Shown piece by piece: positions 27,809 through 39,715 of a stretch of DNA of 64,000 bases. Within the stretch, counting starts at the first letter, position 1, and the number at the start of each line of letters is the position of its first letter. The stretch is taken from NCBI GenBank assembly GCA_963770565.1, contig CAVYQE010000008.1, positions 1-64,000 of the forward strand, given 5' to 3'. This DNA comes from an uncultured Actinomycetota bacterium. Lineage in GTDB: Bacteria; Actinomycetota; Actinomycetes; JAFAQI01. Below the pieces are notes generated by a model that was not told the origin of the DNA, did no database searches, and saw nothing but the letters and a program-made list of their open reading frames with translations. The position numbers and the translations under genes are program-made.

Positions 27809-28249
27809 TCACCCTTCGAGCAGCGCGGCCAGCTCCCCGTCGAGGTCGACGAACCCGCTCTCGGCACCGGTCGGCACGACCTCGTAAGTGCGGGAGAGGA
27901 ACGACACGATCGACGGCGGCTGGGCCTTGAACAACGCGTGACCGGTGGGGCTCGACAGGGCCAGGCAGACGCCGCCGCAGTCAGTGCTATCGCTGTCGCT
28001 GCCGGCGTCATCAGCTGGCCAGACCTGCACGTCGCCGTCTCCGACGAAGTGGGTCACGCCGTCGCTGAGCAGCGATCGCGCGAAGGTCCACTCCACGACG
28101 TCGGTTCCGCCGGTGTGGAACGCGATCCGTACGGCGTACGGATCGGTCGGCTCGTAGTTGAGGTCGGCCCGGACCGGCCGGTCCGGGCCGTCCGGCACGA
28201 CCATCCGCAGCACGATCCGGCTGCGAACCGAGTCGGGGAAGACGTCCAT
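27809..28249 (-). CDS. ssgB: SsgA-like sporulation/cell division protein (SsgB-type)
   Basis: LNYEPTDPYAVRIAF, VEWTFARSLL, GDGDVQVWP, LSSPTGHALF, RTYEVVPTGAE. Confidence 0.85.
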   Translation of the reverse strand: MDVFPDSVRSRIVLRMVVPDGPDRPVRADLNYEPTDPYAVRIAFHTGGTDVVEWTFARSLLSDGVTHFVGDGDVQVWPADDAGSDSDSTDCGGVCLALSSPTGHALFKAQPPSIVSFLSRTYEVVPTGAESGFVDLDGELAALLEG

Positions 28250-28361
28250 GCGGTGAGTGCCCTCCGCGTCGCTGCCCATCTCAAGGACGTTTTTCCCGCG
28301 GGTGGCACTGCCTAACCAGATTTCGGGGTCGGCTTGCACGCTAGAGTTGCGGCGGCAGCCA

Positions 28362-28433
28362 GGGCGATTGGCTCAGTGGTAGAGCGCCTCGTTCACACCG
28401 AGGAGGTCACTGGTTCGAACCCAGTATCGCCCA
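28362..28433 (+). tRNA. tRNA-Val(CAC)
   Basis: Cloverleaf, CCTCG-TTCACAC-CGAGG anticodon arm. Confidence 0.97.
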
Positions 28434-28602
28434 CTTCTCCGGATCGCCTGCGCGTCGGCCGGGTGCGCTGTATCGTCGATTTTGGCAGTGTCTGTCCACA
28501 TCTGCCACGCAGGAAGGTTGCGAAGAGCAACCATTTGGCCGATGCATCGAGCAGACCGCCCGGGACACCCTGGTCGAGTTGCGCGGGGATTGTTCAAAAG
28601 GA

Positions 28603-28854
28603 GTGACGGTGGGGGCAAGGCTCGATTCGGGCGCGATTGTCGATGAGGTCATTGCGGGTGACGGGCGCGTGGTCCGGGTGCGCTTCGAGCGCTGTCCGGC
28701 CGGTTGGCAAGCGGCCTTCGAGCTGAGCCATCCCGACGTCAGCGACCTCGTCGTCACCCACCGCCTGGTGGCCGAGAGCCTCAGCGCGGCGAAGGCAATG
28801 GTGCCCGCCGCGGTGTCGTTCCTGGTCGGTCGACCGGTCGACGAACCGCTCTAG
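28603..28854 (+). CDS. Hypothetical protein
   Basis: ORF with GC3 bias and a globular-looking sequence; start uncertain. Confidence 0.5.
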   Translation: MTVGARLDSGAIVDEVIAGDGRVVRVRFERCPAGWQAAFELSHPDVSDLVVTHRLVAESLSAAKAMVPAAVSFLVGRPVDEPL

Positions 28855-28917
28855 CCGGACCCGGCGCGCCCGTGGCGCGCGACAACCCGGTTGATCAGCC
28901 TCGATAGCCTCTGAGCC

Positions 28918-30933
28918 ATGCCTGACATCCGCCTGACCATCGATGGCTCGCCGCGCGTTGTGCCGGCGGGGCGGACGACGGCGCGGATCTTCGCCGACGC
29001 GGGCATTGAGAGCGTCGTCGTACGGGTCAACGAGGAGTCACTCCGCGACCTGGAGTGGGTGCCGGAGGACGGCGACGTGCTCGAGTCGGTCCCGATCGAC
29101 TCGCCCGAGGGCCTCAGCGTGCTGCGCCACTCCAGCGCGCACGTCCTCGCGCAGGCGGTCCAGGAGCTGTTCCCGGCGGCCCGGCTCGGCATCGGCCCGC
29201 CGATCACCAACGGCTTCTACTACGACTTCGACGTCGAGGTCCCGTTCAGCCCCGACGACCTCGAGCAGATCGAGGCGCGGATGCACGCGATCGTCGCGGA
29301 GGGTCAGCACTTCCACCGCCGGGTGGTCAGCGACGACGAGGCGCGGGCCGAGCTCGCCGACGAGCCGTACAAGCTCGAGCTGATCGGCCTGAAGGGCTCC
29401 GCGGCCGACGCGGCCGAAGGTGCGGACGTCGAGGTCGGCTCGGGCGAGCTGACCATCTACGACAACCGGCGGCCGGACGGATCGCTGGCCTGGAAGGACC
29501 TCTGCCGCGGTCCGCACCTGCCGACCACGGCGATGATCCCGTCGGTCCGGCTGACGCGGTCGGCGGCGGCGTACTGGCGGGGGAGCGAGAAGAACCCACA
29601 GCTGCAGCGGATCTACGGCACCGCGTGGCCGTCCGAGCAGGATCTCGAGGCGCATCTGGCGCTGCTCGCCGAAGCCGAGCGCCGCGACCATCGGCGGCTC
29701 GGTGCCGAGCTCGACCTGTTCTCCTTCCCGGACGAGATCGGCTCCGGGCTGGTGGTCTTCCACCCGAAGGGTGGCGTGATCAAGCGGGTCATGGAGGACT
29801 ACGTCCGGCAGCGCCACATCGACGAAGGCTTCCTGTACGTCGGCTCGCCGCACATCGCGAAGCAGGGCCTGTTCGAGACCAGCGGCCACCTGCCGTACTA
29901 CGCCGACACGATGTTCCCGCCGATGGAGATGGAGGGCAGCTCGTACTACCTCAAGGCGATGAACTGCCCGATGCACAACCTGATCTACCGCTCGCGCGGG
30001 CGTTCCTACCGCGAGCTGCCGATGCGGTTGTTCGAGTTCGGCACGGTCTATCGCTACGAGAAGTCGGGCGTCGTGCACGGGCTGACCCGGGTGCGCGGCC
30101 TGACCCAGGACGACTCGCACTCTTACTGCACTCCGGAGCAGGCACCGGCCGAGATCAAGCATCTGCTCAACTTCGTGCTGAGCCTGCTCAAGGACTTCGG
30201 GCTCGACGACTTCTATCTCGAACTGTCGACCCGCGACGCGACTTCGGACAAGTTCATCGGCAGCGAGGAGGAGTGGGACACCGCGACCAAGATTCTCGAG
30301 CGGGTCGCGACCGAGAGTGAGTTGACGCTCGTGCTCGACCCCGGCGGCGCGGCTTTCTACGGGCCGAAGATCTCGGTGCAGGCGCGCGATGCGATCGGCC
30401 GGACCTGGCAGATGTCGACCATCCAGTACGACTTCAACCAGCCGGCCGGATTCGGGCTGGAATACCAGGGTGACGACGGCCAGCGCCACCAGCCGGTAAT
30501 GATCCACTCGGCCAAGTTCGGCTCGATCGAGCGGTTCTTCGGCGTACTGGTCGAGCACTACGCGGGTGCGTTTCCGGCCTGGCTTGCACCCGTGCAGGTC
30601 GTCGGCATCCCGATCCGGACCGAGAACATCGACTACCTGCGCGTCGTCGCCGAGCGGTTGCGCGGCGAGGGCATCAGGGTCGAGATCGACGAGAGCGACG
30701 ACCGGATGCAGAAGAAGATCCTGCACGCGCAGCAGCAGAAGGTGCCGTTCATGTTCGTGGCCGGTCCGCGCGACGTCGAGGCCGGCGCGGTGTCGTTGCG
30801 CTACCGCAACGGCGTCGAGCGCCGCGGTGTCCCGCTCGACGACGCGATCATCGAGGTCTCGCGCAACATCGCCTCGCGGCAGATCGAGCCGGACGCGCTC
30901 AATCCGGACGAGCTGATCGCGACGGACGCGTGA
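28918..30933 (+). CDS. thrS: Threonine--tRNA ligase
   Basis: LRHSSAH, DLCRGPH, RDHRRLG, KAMNCP, AFYGPK. Confidence 0.98.
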   Translation: MPDIRLTIDGSPRVVPAGRTTARIFADAGIESVVVRVNEESLRDLEWVPEDGDVLESVPIDSPEGLSVLRHSSAHVLAQAVQELFPAARLGIGPPITNGFYYDFDVEVPFSPDDLEQIEARMHAIVAEGQHFHRRVVSDDEARAELADEPYKLELIGLKGSAADAAEGADVEVGSGELTIYDNRRPDGSLAWKDLCRGPHLPTTAMIPSVRLTRSAAAYWRGSEKNPQLQRIYGTAWPSEQDLEAHLALLAEAERRDHRRLGAELDLFSFPDEIGSGLVVFHPKGGVIKRVMEDYVRQRHIDEGFLYVGSPHIAKQGLFETSGHLPYYADTMFPPMEMEGSSYYLKAMNCPMHNLIYRSRGRSYRELPMRLFEFGTVYRYEKSGVVHGLTRVRGLTQDDSHSYCTPEQAPAEIKHLLNFVLSLLKDFGLDDFYLELSTRDATSDKFIGSEEEWDTATKILERVATESELTLVLDPGGAAFYGPKISVQARDAIGRTWQMSTIQYDFNQPAGFGLEYQGDDGQRHQPVMIHSAKFGSIERFFGVLVEHYAGAFPAWLAPVQVVGIPIRTENIDYLRVVAERLRGEGIRVEIDESDDRMQKKILHAQQQKVPFMFVAGPRDVEAGAVSLRYRNGVERRGVPLDDAIIEVSRNIASRQIEPDALNPDELIATDA

Positions 30934-31463
30934 CCGATCCGGTCGAGCAGCACGGGGTCGGTGTCCCCGACGGCTGGCAACGGCTCTGGATGCCGGAGCG
31001 GATGGCCTATATCCAGGGCGCGGACAAGACCGACGAGTGCGCGTTCTGCCGGATCCCGGCGATGTCGGACGAGGACGGGCTGATCGTCGCGCGCGGTGAG
31101 ACGACGTACGCCGTCCTCAACCTCTATCCGTACAACTCGGGGCACCTGATGGTCGTGCCCTACCGGCACGTCGCCGACTACACCGACCTCACCGGCGAGG
31201 AGACCGCCGAGGTCGCGGAGATGACCCAGATCTCGATGCGCGTCGTACGCGGGGTCAGCGGCGCGCAGGGTTTCAACCTCGGGATGAACCAGGGCGTCGT
31301 CGCGGGTGCCGGCATCGCCGCCCACCTGCATCAGCACGTCGTGCCGCGGTGGGGTGGCGACACCAACTTCATGCCGGTCGTCGCGCGGACGAAGGTGCTG
31401 CCGCAGCTGCTGCGCGAGACCCGTGACCTGCTCGCCGCCGCCTGGTCGCCCGTCGCGGATTGA
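30930..31463 (+). CDS. HIT family Ap4A phosphorylase (Rv2613c-like)
   Basis: [24 protein letters not shown]. Confidence 0.92.
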   Translation: MTDPVEQHGVGVPDGWQRLWMPERMAYIQGADKTDECAFCRIPAMSDEDGLIVARGETTYAVLNLYPYNSGHLMVVPYRHVADYTDLTGEETAEVAEMTQISMRVVRGVSGAQGFNLGMNQGVVAGAGIAAHLHQHVVPRWGGDTNFMPVVARTKVLPQLLRETRDLLAAAWSPVAD

Positions 31464-31627
31464 TGAGCGCCCGACCCAGCATTCTTGATCGGTAGAGGTC
31501 GGTCCCGCCGCTGTCAAGGGGCTTGACGGATCTGTGGACGGCAGCGCACTCGTCCACAGATGTGGATAAGTTTTCCTTTGTTTCCAAGGGTTTCTGGCCT
31601 CAGAAATTGTCGTAGCCCACCTTTACG

Positions 31628-32836
31628 GTGAGACCCATGATCATGGTGGGCCCGCAGGTCGAGCAGCTCGCGACAGCAGTCGCCGGTCTGTTCGAGCGCG
31701 ACCCGCATACCGCTCCCGACATCGAGTTGCTCAACACGACCGAGGAGTTGCTGCGGCTCCGCCGCCAGATCGACGCGGTCATCGCCAGCCACCTGCAGGT
31801 GATCGACACCCGGGACGCGAGCGTGTCCGAGTGCGGTCGACAGACGCGCGGCTGGTTGGTCGAGGAGCTCCTGCTCGGAACCGAGGACGCCAACCGTTAC
31901 CTGACCGTCGCTCGCGCGCTTCCGTCCCGCCCGGCGGTGGGCGATGCACTCGCCGCGGCGCAGATCAGCCTCGACCATGCCCGAGTGATCGTCACGGCCG
32001 TGCACAAAGCTCCCGCAGAGATCCGCGATGTGGTCGAGAAGGAGCTGGTGAAAGCTGCCGAGGTGGTTGATCCGAGCGCGCTCGCGCGGTTCGCTCGCGG
32101 ACTCACCTCCCGGCTGTCCGGCGATGACCCGGAGGCCGCAGCCCTGCGCAAGTACGAGAGTCGCTGGGTGCGGATGAGCGAGACCTTCGACGGGATGCAT
32201 GCGATCGACGGGATGCTCGATCCGGCCAGCGCCGCCACCCTCAAGGCTGCGATCACCCCCTTGCTGACCAAGGCCGGTACGGAAGACACCCGCACAACCG
32301 GTCAGCGGTTCGCCGACGGGCTGGTCACGCTGGCCGAACACGCGATGGCCGCCGGCGGACTGCCCGAGCAAGGCGGGGAGAAACCACAGGTCATCGTCAC
32401 GATCGGCTGGGATGCGCTCAAGGCCGACCTCGAGGCGGCGCTGGACGACCCGGGCCTACTGCCGGCCGGGATCGCGACCATGAACGGCCTCGACATCACG
32501 CCGAAGACCGCCAGGATGATCGCGTGCGATGCCGGGATCATCCCAGCCGTCCTGGGTGGCCAGTCGGAAGTCCTCGACCTCGGCCGAAAGACCCCTACCT
32601 GGAGCCCCGCGCAACGCCGCGCGTTGCGGATCGAGGACAAGGGTTGCCGGTGGCCCGGTTGCCAGGCACCACTGGAGCGATGTCGGATCCACCACAGCAT
32701 CTTCTGGTCACGTGGTGGCCACACCAAAACGAAAGTCGGGGTCCACGTCTGCGGGTTCCATCATTGGCTGGTTCACCACACCAACTGGCGGATCAGCAAG
32801 GACACCCAAGGCCGAATACGGGTGTGGCGCGAATGA
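31628..32836 (+). CDS. DUF222 / HNH-signature protein (13E12-repeat family)
   Basis: G.LDP, R..GQRFADGL, IACDAGIIP, LDLGR, CRWPGC...HH...W..GG.T...C..HH. Confidence 0.9.
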   Translation: MRPMIMVGPQVEQLATAVAGLFERDPHTAPDIELLNTTEELLRLRRQIDAVIASHLQVIDTRDASVSECGRQTRGWLVEELLLGTEDANRYLTVARALPSRPAVGDALAAAQISLDHARVIVTAVHKAPAEIRDVVEKELVKAAEVVDPSALARFARGLTSRLSGDDPEAAALRKYESRWVRMSETFDGMHAIDGMLDPASAATLKAAITPLLTKAGTEDTRTTGQRFADGLVTLAEHAMAAGGLPEQGGEKPQVIVTIGWDALKADLEAALDDPGLLPAGIATMNGLDITPKTARMIACDAGIIPAVLGGQSEVLDLGRKTPTWSPAQRRALRIEDKGCRWPGCQAPLERCRIHHSIFWSRGGHTKTKVGVHVCGFHHWLVHHTNWRISKDTQGRIRVWRE

Positions 32837-32850
32837 CGCGCCGGTTTGGT

Positions 32851-33207
32851 TCAGATGTCGATGATCTTGTGCCCGCCTGCGCCGGCCGCAATCGGCCTGC
32901 GGTGGGTAGCCGACCAGGCGCCGACCGCGACCGTCGACACGGCGATCTCGATCAGGAGGGTCGCGAACCGGTGGTGGTGCCAACCCCACACGCCGTCACC
33001 GATCGCGCCGCCGATGAGTGCGCCGACCCAGCCGCACACGATGGTCGCGAGGACGCTGATGTTCTGCTTGCCCGGGATGATCAGCCGGGCCAGGCCGCCG
33101 AGGAAGATTCCGACGATTGCCGTCCAGATGACCCAGCTGATCGCGGCGCCGATGATCGGGAGCACGACGAACAGCACGACGAGCGCGACGAAGATCCACA
33201 GGATCAT
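32851..33207 (-). CDS. GlsB/YeaQ/YmgE-like membrane protein
   Basis: GGLARLIIPGKQNI...GALIGG. Confidence 0.8.
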   Translation of the reverse strand: MILWIFVALVVLFVVLPIIGAAISWVIWTAIVGIFLGGLARLIIPGKQNISVLATIVCGWVGALIGGAIGDGVWGWHHHRFATLLIEIAVSTVAVGAWSATHRRPIAAGAGGHKIIDI

Positions 33208-33226
33208 GCGCCCAGCGTAAGCCCGA

Positions 33227-35389
33227 TTAGTGAGAGTGGGCTGAATCCCCCGCTGCGGCGGTCACCTTCGAAGCTAGGTGTGACGGCATCGGCTCGTACC
33301 GCAAATGCTTGCGGCTGAAGGCGGCGGTGCCGTGGGAGATCGAGCGCAGGTCGATCGCGTAGCGCGTGACCTCGACCTCCGGTACCTCGGCCCGCACCAG
33401 CGAGCGGCCGTTGCCAACGGACTCGGTGCCGGTCACCCGACCGCGCCGGGTCGACAGGTCGCTCATGACTGCACCGACGTAGTCATCGGCCACGAGCACC
33501 GACACCTCGAGCATTGGCTCGAGCAGCGCAAAAGCGCCCTTCTCTGCCACGTCGCGCAGCGCGAGGCCGCCGGCGAGCTGGAATGCCATGTCGGAGGAGT
33601 CCACCGAGTGCGCCTTGCCGTCGCGCAGGGTCGCCCGGATGTCGACCACGGGATAGCCGGCGGCGACTCCGCGTTCCATCTGGGCCCGGATGCCCTTCTC
33701 GACCGACGGGATGAACTGGTTGGGCACCGAGCCGCCGTAGATCTTGTCGACGAACTCGAAGCCGGAGCCCGACGGCAGCGGCTCGAAATCGACGTCGCAG
33801 ACCGCGAACTGGCCGTGCCCGCCCGACTGCTTCACGTGTCGGCCGTGGCCGGACGCCGGGCCGGTGAGGGTCTCGCGCAACGGCACTCGGAGCGGGACCT
33901 GCTCGACCTCGACGCCGTACTTCGTCTTGAGCCGGTCGACGAGTACGTCGGCATGCGCTTCGCCCATGCACCACAGGATCAGCTGCGTGGTCTCGATGTT
34001 GCGTTCGAGCCGGACCGTCGGCTCTTCGGCCACGATCCGCTGCAGGCCGGTCGAGAGCTTGTCCTCGTCGGCCTTGCTCTTCGCCGCGATCGCGACCGGG
34101 AGCAACGGCTCCGGCACGTCCCACGCGGTCACCAGCAGCGGGTCGTCCTTGGTCGAGAGCGTGTCACCGGTCTCGGCCCGGGACAGCTTGGCGATTGCGA
34201 CGATGTCGCCGGCGATCGCCGAGTCGACGGCACGGAGCGCCTTCCCGAGCGGGCTCGACAACGCGCCGACCTTCTCGTCGACGTCGTGGTCCTCGTGGCC
34301 GCGCTCGGCCAGCCCGTGGCCCGAGACATGCAGAGTCGCGTCGGCCTTCAGCGTCCCGGAGAAGACCCGCACGAGCGAGATCCGCCCGACGTAGGGGTCG
34401 GTGGTCGTCTTCACGACCTCGGCGCACAGCCGTCCGGCCGGATCGCAGGTGAGCGGTTCGACCGACGCGCCGTCCGGACGGGTGACCGCGGGCAGCGGGT
34501 GCTCGAGCGGCGACGGGAAGCCGCTGACCAGGATCTCGAGCACCTCGGCCATGCCGAGCCGGTTGCCCGCGCAGGCGGCGAGGACCGGATAAAAGGTGCC
34601 GCGCGCGACCGCGGTCTCGAGGTCGTCGATCAGCACTTTGACGTCGATGTCCTCGCCCTCGAGGTAGCGATCCATCAGCGTCTCGTCCTCGGACTCCGCG
34701 ATGATGCCCTCGATCAGGGCGTTGCGGTGCTCGGAGATCAACGACAGGTGCTCGGGATCGGGATCGCGCTGCACCCGGGTGCCGTCGGAGTAGTCGATGA
34801 CCTGCTGGGAGAGCAGTCCGATCAGGCCGCCGATCGTCTCCTCGTCGGCGTGCAACGGGAGGTACAGCGGAAGCACGTTGTCGCCGAACGCCGACTGGCA
34901 GGCCGCCAGGGTCGCGTCAAAGTCGGCGCGGGGCGAGTCGAGCCGGGTGATCACGACCGCGCGCGGCATGCCGACGCTGGCGCACTCGTCCCAGATCGCC
35001 CGGGTGGTCCCGTCGATGCCCTCGGCCGCACTCACCACGAACAGCGCCGCGTCGGCCGCCCGCAGTCCGGCCCGGAGGTCGCCGGTGAAGTCGGCGTACC
35101 CGGGGGAGTCGAGCAGGTTGACCTTGGCGCCGTCGTGTTCGAGCGGGGCGAGCGCCAGGCTGATCGAGCGCTGCTGGCGGGCTTCGGCTTCGTCGAAGTC
35201 GGTGACGGTCGTGCCATCCTCGACCCGGCCGGCTCGGGGAATGGTTCCGGTCGCGACGAGGAGGGCCTCGACGAGAGTCGTCTTGCCCGCTCCGGAATGG
35301 CCGACGAGCACGACGTTGCGGATCCGTCCGGGCTCGCCCGCCTCCGGTGCCCTGCCGGCGGCTCCTGCTGGGCTCGACTTTTCGGCCAT
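33227..35389 (-). CDS. Elongation factor G-like protein EF-G2
   Basis: GHSGAGKTT, DSPGY, KQSGGHGQF, HSVDSS; TRLD in place of NKxD. Confidence 0.93.
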   Translation of the reverse strand: MAEKSSPAGAAGRAPEAGEPGRIRNVVLVGHSGAGKTTLVEALLVATGTIPRAGRVEDGTTVTDFDEAEARQQRSISLALAPLEHDGAKVNLLDSPGYADFTGDLRAGLRAADAALFVVSAAEGIDGTTRAIWDECASVGMPRAVVITRLDSPRADFDATLAACQSAFGDNVLPLYLPLHADEETIGGLIGLLSQQVIDYSDGTRVQRDPDPEHLSLISEHRNALIEGIIAESEDETLMDRYLEGEDIDVKVLIDDLETAVARGTFYPVLAACAGNRLGMAEVLEILVSGFPSPLEHPLPAVTRPDGASVEPLTCDPAGRLCAEVVKTTTDPYVGRISLVRVFSGTLKADATLHVSGHGLAERGHEDHDVDEKVGALSSPLGKALRAVDSAIAGDIVAIAKLSRAETGDTLSTKDDPLLVTAWDVPEPLLPVAIAAKSKADEDKLSTGLQRIVAEEPTVRLERNIETTQLILWCMGEAHADVLVDRLKTKYGVEVEQVPLRVPLRETLTGPASGHGRHVKQSGGHGQFAVCDVDFEPLPSGSGFEFVDKIYGGSVPNQFIPSVEKGIRAQMERGVAAGYPVVDIRATLRDGKAHSVDSSDMAFQLAGGLALRDVAEKGAFALLEPMLEVSVLVADDYVGAVMSDLSTRRGRVTGTESVGNGRSLVRAEVPEVEVTRYAIDLRSISHGTAAFSRKHLRYEPMPSHLASKVTAAAGDSAHSH

Positions 35390-35509
35390 TGCTACCTCCT
35401 CGGCGATCTCCTCGCCTCACCTTGCACCCGCGCCGATGCCCAGGACAAGCCCTTGCGCAGATCGGTTTGCGCGGGTTCGAGCGCCTGCGCTCGCTATCCT
35501 CGGCGCACA

Positions 35510-36130
35510 ATGCTCGGCATTCATGCGCGCCCGCAGATCAACCGGGTGGTTGAGCCGGTCGCCAAGCGACTCGCCGCAATGGGGGTCACTCCGGATGCCC
35601 TGACCGTGATCGGCACGATCGGGGTCGCCGGCGGCGCGCTCGGCTTCTACCCGCGCGGTCAGTTCCTCGTCGGCACCCTGGTCATCACGGCGTTCGTCTT
35701 CAGCGACCTGATGGACGGCGCGGTCGCGCGGGTCAGGGGCAGCAGCGGGCCGTGGGGCGCGTTCCTGGACTCGACCCTCGACCGGGTCGGTGACGGCGCG
35801 GTGTTCGGCGCGCTCGCCCTCTGGTACGCCGGTGGCGGCAACAGCGAGACGCTGTGCGCGGTCGCGCTCTACGACCTGGTGGCCGGGGTGGTGACGTCGT
35901 ACGCGAAGGCGCGTGCGGAAAGCCTCGGGATGACCTGCAATGTCGGGATCGCGGAGCGCTCCGAGCGACTGATCGCCGTCCTAGTGCTCACCGGCTTCTC
36001 CGGCATCTTCGACCTCAGCATCCTGCGGGCAATCGCGTTGTGGGGCCTGGCGGCGGCGACGACGATCACCGTCGTGCAGCGGATCATTGAGGTACGCCGG
36101 CAAGCTCGTCCCCGGACGCAGCCGGCATGA
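35510..36130 (+). CDS. pgsA: Phosphatidylinositol phosphate synthase
   Basis: DLMDGAVAR...GAFLDSTLDR CDP-alcohol phosphatidyltransferase motif; synteny. Confidence 0.93.
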   Translation: MLGIHARPQINRVVEPVAKRLAAMGVTPDALTVIGTIGVAGGALGFYPRGQFLVGTLVITAFVFSDLMDGAVARVRGSSGPWGAFLDSTLDRVGDGAVFGALALWYAGGGNSETLCAVALYDLVAGVVTSYAKARAESLGMTCNVGIAERSERLIAVLVLTGFSGIFDLSILRAIALWGLAAATTITVVQRIIEVRRQARPRTQPA

Positions 36131-37044
36131 ACGACGCGGTCGTCGATGCGGCGTACGCGACCGGCTGGTCAGTCGTGCGCGGCATGCCGGAGTGGGTGGC
36201 GCGGCGGCAGTTCGACGCGGTGGCCGATGCGACCTGGCTGCGATCCGGCAAGAGCGTCCAGCGGCTGCAGAGCAACCTGGCGAGGATCCGGCCGGATGCG
36301 TCCGAGCACGAGCTGCGGATGCTGACCCGGGCCGGTGTCCGTTCCTATTTCCGCTACTGGTGCGAGGTCTTCCAGCTGCCGAAGATGACGGTCGAGCAGA
36401 TCCTGCGACGGGTCGACGTCGAAGGTGACTCCCGGCTGCGGGCCGCGGTCGCGGCCGGCAACGGGCTCATCCTTTCGCTTCCGCACATGGGCAACTGGGA
36501 TCTGGCCGGCGCCTGGCTGACCGGCACCGGCGTGCCTTTCACCACGGTCGCCGAGCGGTTGAAGCCGGAGTCGCTGTTCACCAGGTTCGTGGAGTTCCGT
36601 GAGTCGCTCGGCATGGAAGTGATCCCGCTCACCGGCGGCGAGGCGCCGCCGTACTCGATCCTGGCGGAGCGGCTCCGGGCCGGCGGTGTCCTGTGTCTGC
36701 TGGGCGACCGCGACCTGACCACGAGCGGCATCGAGGTCGACTTCTTCGGTGCGTCCGCGCGGATGCCGGCCGGACCGGCCGCCCTGGCGCACGACACCGG
36801 CGCCGTGCTGTTGCCGGTGACGCTGTCGAACCCGACCCGGTGGCGCTGGTCGTTGTTCATCCACGAGCAGGTCCCGGTGCCGCTGGACGGCGATCGCGCC
36901 GCGAAAGTGCACGTGATGACGCAGCAGGTCGCCCAGGTCTTCGAGCAGGGGATCGGGAAATACCCGCAGGACTGGCACATGTTGCAGCGGATCTGGTCTG
37001 CGGATCTCGGTCCGAACCGGCGCATGCAGCGATCGGCGGTCTGA
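36127..37044 (+). CDS. patA: Phosphatidylinositol mannoside acyltransferase
   Basis: PHMGNWD, AERLKPE, PQDWHMLQ. Confidence 0.92.
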   Translation: MNDAVVDAAYATGWSVVRGMPEWVARRQFDAVADATWLRSGKSVQRLQSNLARIRPDASEHELRMLTRAGVRSYFRYWCEVFQLPKMTVEQILRRVDVEGDSRLRAAVAAGNGLILSLPHMGNWDLAGAWLTGTGVPFTTVAERLKPESLFTRFVEFRESLGMEVIPLTGGEAPPYSILAERLRAGGVLCLLGDRDLTTSGIEVDFFGASARMPAGPAALAHDTGAVLLPVTLSNPTRWRWSLFIHEQVPVPLDGDRAAKVHVMTQQVAQVFEQGIGKYPQDWHMLQRIWSADLGPNRRMQRSAV

Positions 37045-37047
37045 GCC

Positions 37048-38202
37048 ATGCGAGTCGGGATCGTGTCGCCGTACCCGTGGGACGTTCCGGGCGGCGTGGT
37101 GGCGCACATCGCCGACCTGGCCGAGGCGCTGATTGCGCGCGGCCACGACGTTGCGGTGATGACGCCGGTGGACGACGACGAAACGCCGCTGCCGAACTAC
37201 GTCACAAGGGCCGGCCGCAGCGTGCCGATCCCGTACAACGGATCGGTGTCCCGGCTGTTGCTCGGCCCGGTCAGCGCGGCGCGGGTGCGCCGATGGCTGC
37301 ATGACGGTGAGTTCGACGTGCTGCATGTGCACTCCCCGGAGACGTTCTCGTTGTCGCTGTTGGCGCTCGGAAATGCCCGCGGGCCGATCGTCGCGACGTT
37401 CCATGCGGCCAACCCGAGGTCACGCATCCTGTCGATGATGCAGAGCTCGCTGCAGGTCTATCTGGAGAAGCTGTCCGGCTCGATCGCGGTGTCGCCCGCG
37501 GCGCGCAAGACGATCGTCGACCACCTCGGCGGCGACGCGGTCGTGGTGCCCAACGGGGTGCACATCGCGAAGTACGCCGGTGCCCTGCCACTGCCCGGCT
37601 GGCCCGGCGACAGCGGTGCCATTGGTTTCGTCGGTCGGGTCGACGAACCGCGCAAGGGCCTGGATGTCCTGCTCGCTGCCTTGCCGTGGATCCGCCGCGA
37701 GCATCCCGGCGTGCGGCTGCTCGTCGCCGGCCCCGGCAAGGTCGACGGGCCGGTCGACGGCGTGACCTTCCTCGGTCGGGTCAGCGACGCCGACAAGGCG
37801 CGGCTGCTGGCCTCGGTCGATGTCTTCGCCGCCCCCAACACTGGCGGCGAGAGCTTCGGGATCGTGCTGCTGGAGGCGATGGCAGCCGGGGCGCCGATCG
37901 TCGCGAGCGACCTGGACGCCTTTGCCCGGGTGCTCGAGGACGGCGAGCTCGGCGATCTGGCCGCCACCGGCGACCCGATCTCGCTGGCGGCGGCGTGCTC
38001 AGGCCTGCTCAGCTCGCCCGCTCGGCGCGACCAGCTGCGTACGGCGGCCCGCCACGCGGTCGCCCGCTACGACTGGTCGGTCGTGTGCGGCGAGGTGTTG
38101 AGGGTCTACGAGACCGCGATCGCCGCGTCGACCGGCCGGGTCGTCGAGGAGCCGGTCGAGGTGGACGTCACGACCCTCGAGCAGGGGATGACGACGAGCT
38201 AG
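37048..38202 (+). CDS. pimA: Phosphatidyl-myo-inositol alpha-mannosyltransferase (GT4)
   Basis: PYNGSV, EPRKG, GGESFGIVLLEAMAAG; synteny. Confidence 0.9.
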   Translation: MRVGIVSPYPWDVPGGVVAHIADLAEALIARGHDVAVMTPVDDDETPLPNYVTRAGRSVPIPYNGSVSRLLLGPVSAARVRRWLHDGEFDVLHVHSPETFSLSLLALGNARGPIVATFHAANPRSRILSMMQSSLQVYLEKLSGSIAVSPAARKTIVDHLGGDAVVVPNGVHIAKYAGALPLPGWPGDSGAIGFVGRVDEPRKGLDVLLAALPWIRREHPGVRLLVAGPGKVDGPVDGVTFLGRVSDADKARLLASVDVFAAPNTGGESFGIVLLEAMAAGAPIVASDLDAFARVLEDGELGDLAATGDPISLAAACSGLLSSPARRDQLRTAARHAVARYDWSVVCGEVLRVYETAIAASTGRVVEEPVEVDVTTLEQGMTTS

Positions 38203-38220
38203 CGGCGGTAACGTCACCGG

Positions 38221-38768
38221 GTGGCCTATGTCATCGCGGCGGTCATCGTCGTTGTGCTGGTCGCGCTCTATGCCTATCGGACCGCCCGCCGGCTCGACCG
38301 GCTCCATGCCCGGGTCGACGCGGCCGCCGCCGGGCTGACCGCCCAGCTGCTGCGGCGCGCGGCGATGGCCGGAAGCTTCGGCGCCAGCGTGCCACTCAAA
38401 CCGGAGCCTGCGGCGGCGCTGACCGACGCGGCCAGGACCGCGGCGCAGACACCCGGTCTCGGCCATGACCGCGAGGTGGCCGAGACCGCGGTCACCCGCG
38501 CGCTGTTCCGCACCGCCGAGTCGACTCCCGAGAGCTTCACGATGCCCTCGGTGGCCGCCACCGAGATGCACGACGCGGCGCTGCGTGCATCGTTTGCCCG
38601 ACGGTTCTACAACGACACGGTGCGCGACGCGCTCGCCGTCCGTGACCTTCGGGTGGTTCGCTGGCTGCGACTTGCCGGGCACGCCCGGCATCCGGCGTAC
38701 TTCGAGATGGAGGACTCCGAGCTTCCGACCGCACAGATCTCGGTTGCGTCTGGGCCTACGATTGAGCC

Positions 38769-38772
<4 letters not shown>
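38221..38772 (+). CDS. Membrane-anchored LemA-like protein (Rv2609c N-terminal-like)
   Basis: [25 protein letters not shown]. Confidence 0.8.
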
Positions 38773-39665
<893 letters not shown>

Positions 39666-39715
39666 ATACCCACGACGACGTCTGCTGTTCGCTCCTTCCT
39701 GCTGGGACTCCGGTT

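Noticed and set aside
28434-28545. Two small hairpins after tRNA-Val(CAC) (TGGCAG/CTGCCA, GGTTGC/GCAACC)
   Set aside because: 6-bp stems are expected by chance in GC-rich DNA, and no att duplication of this tRNA was seen.
33227-35389. EF-G with a degenerate G4 motif
   Set aside because: Known EF-G2 paralog at its usual position before pgsA.
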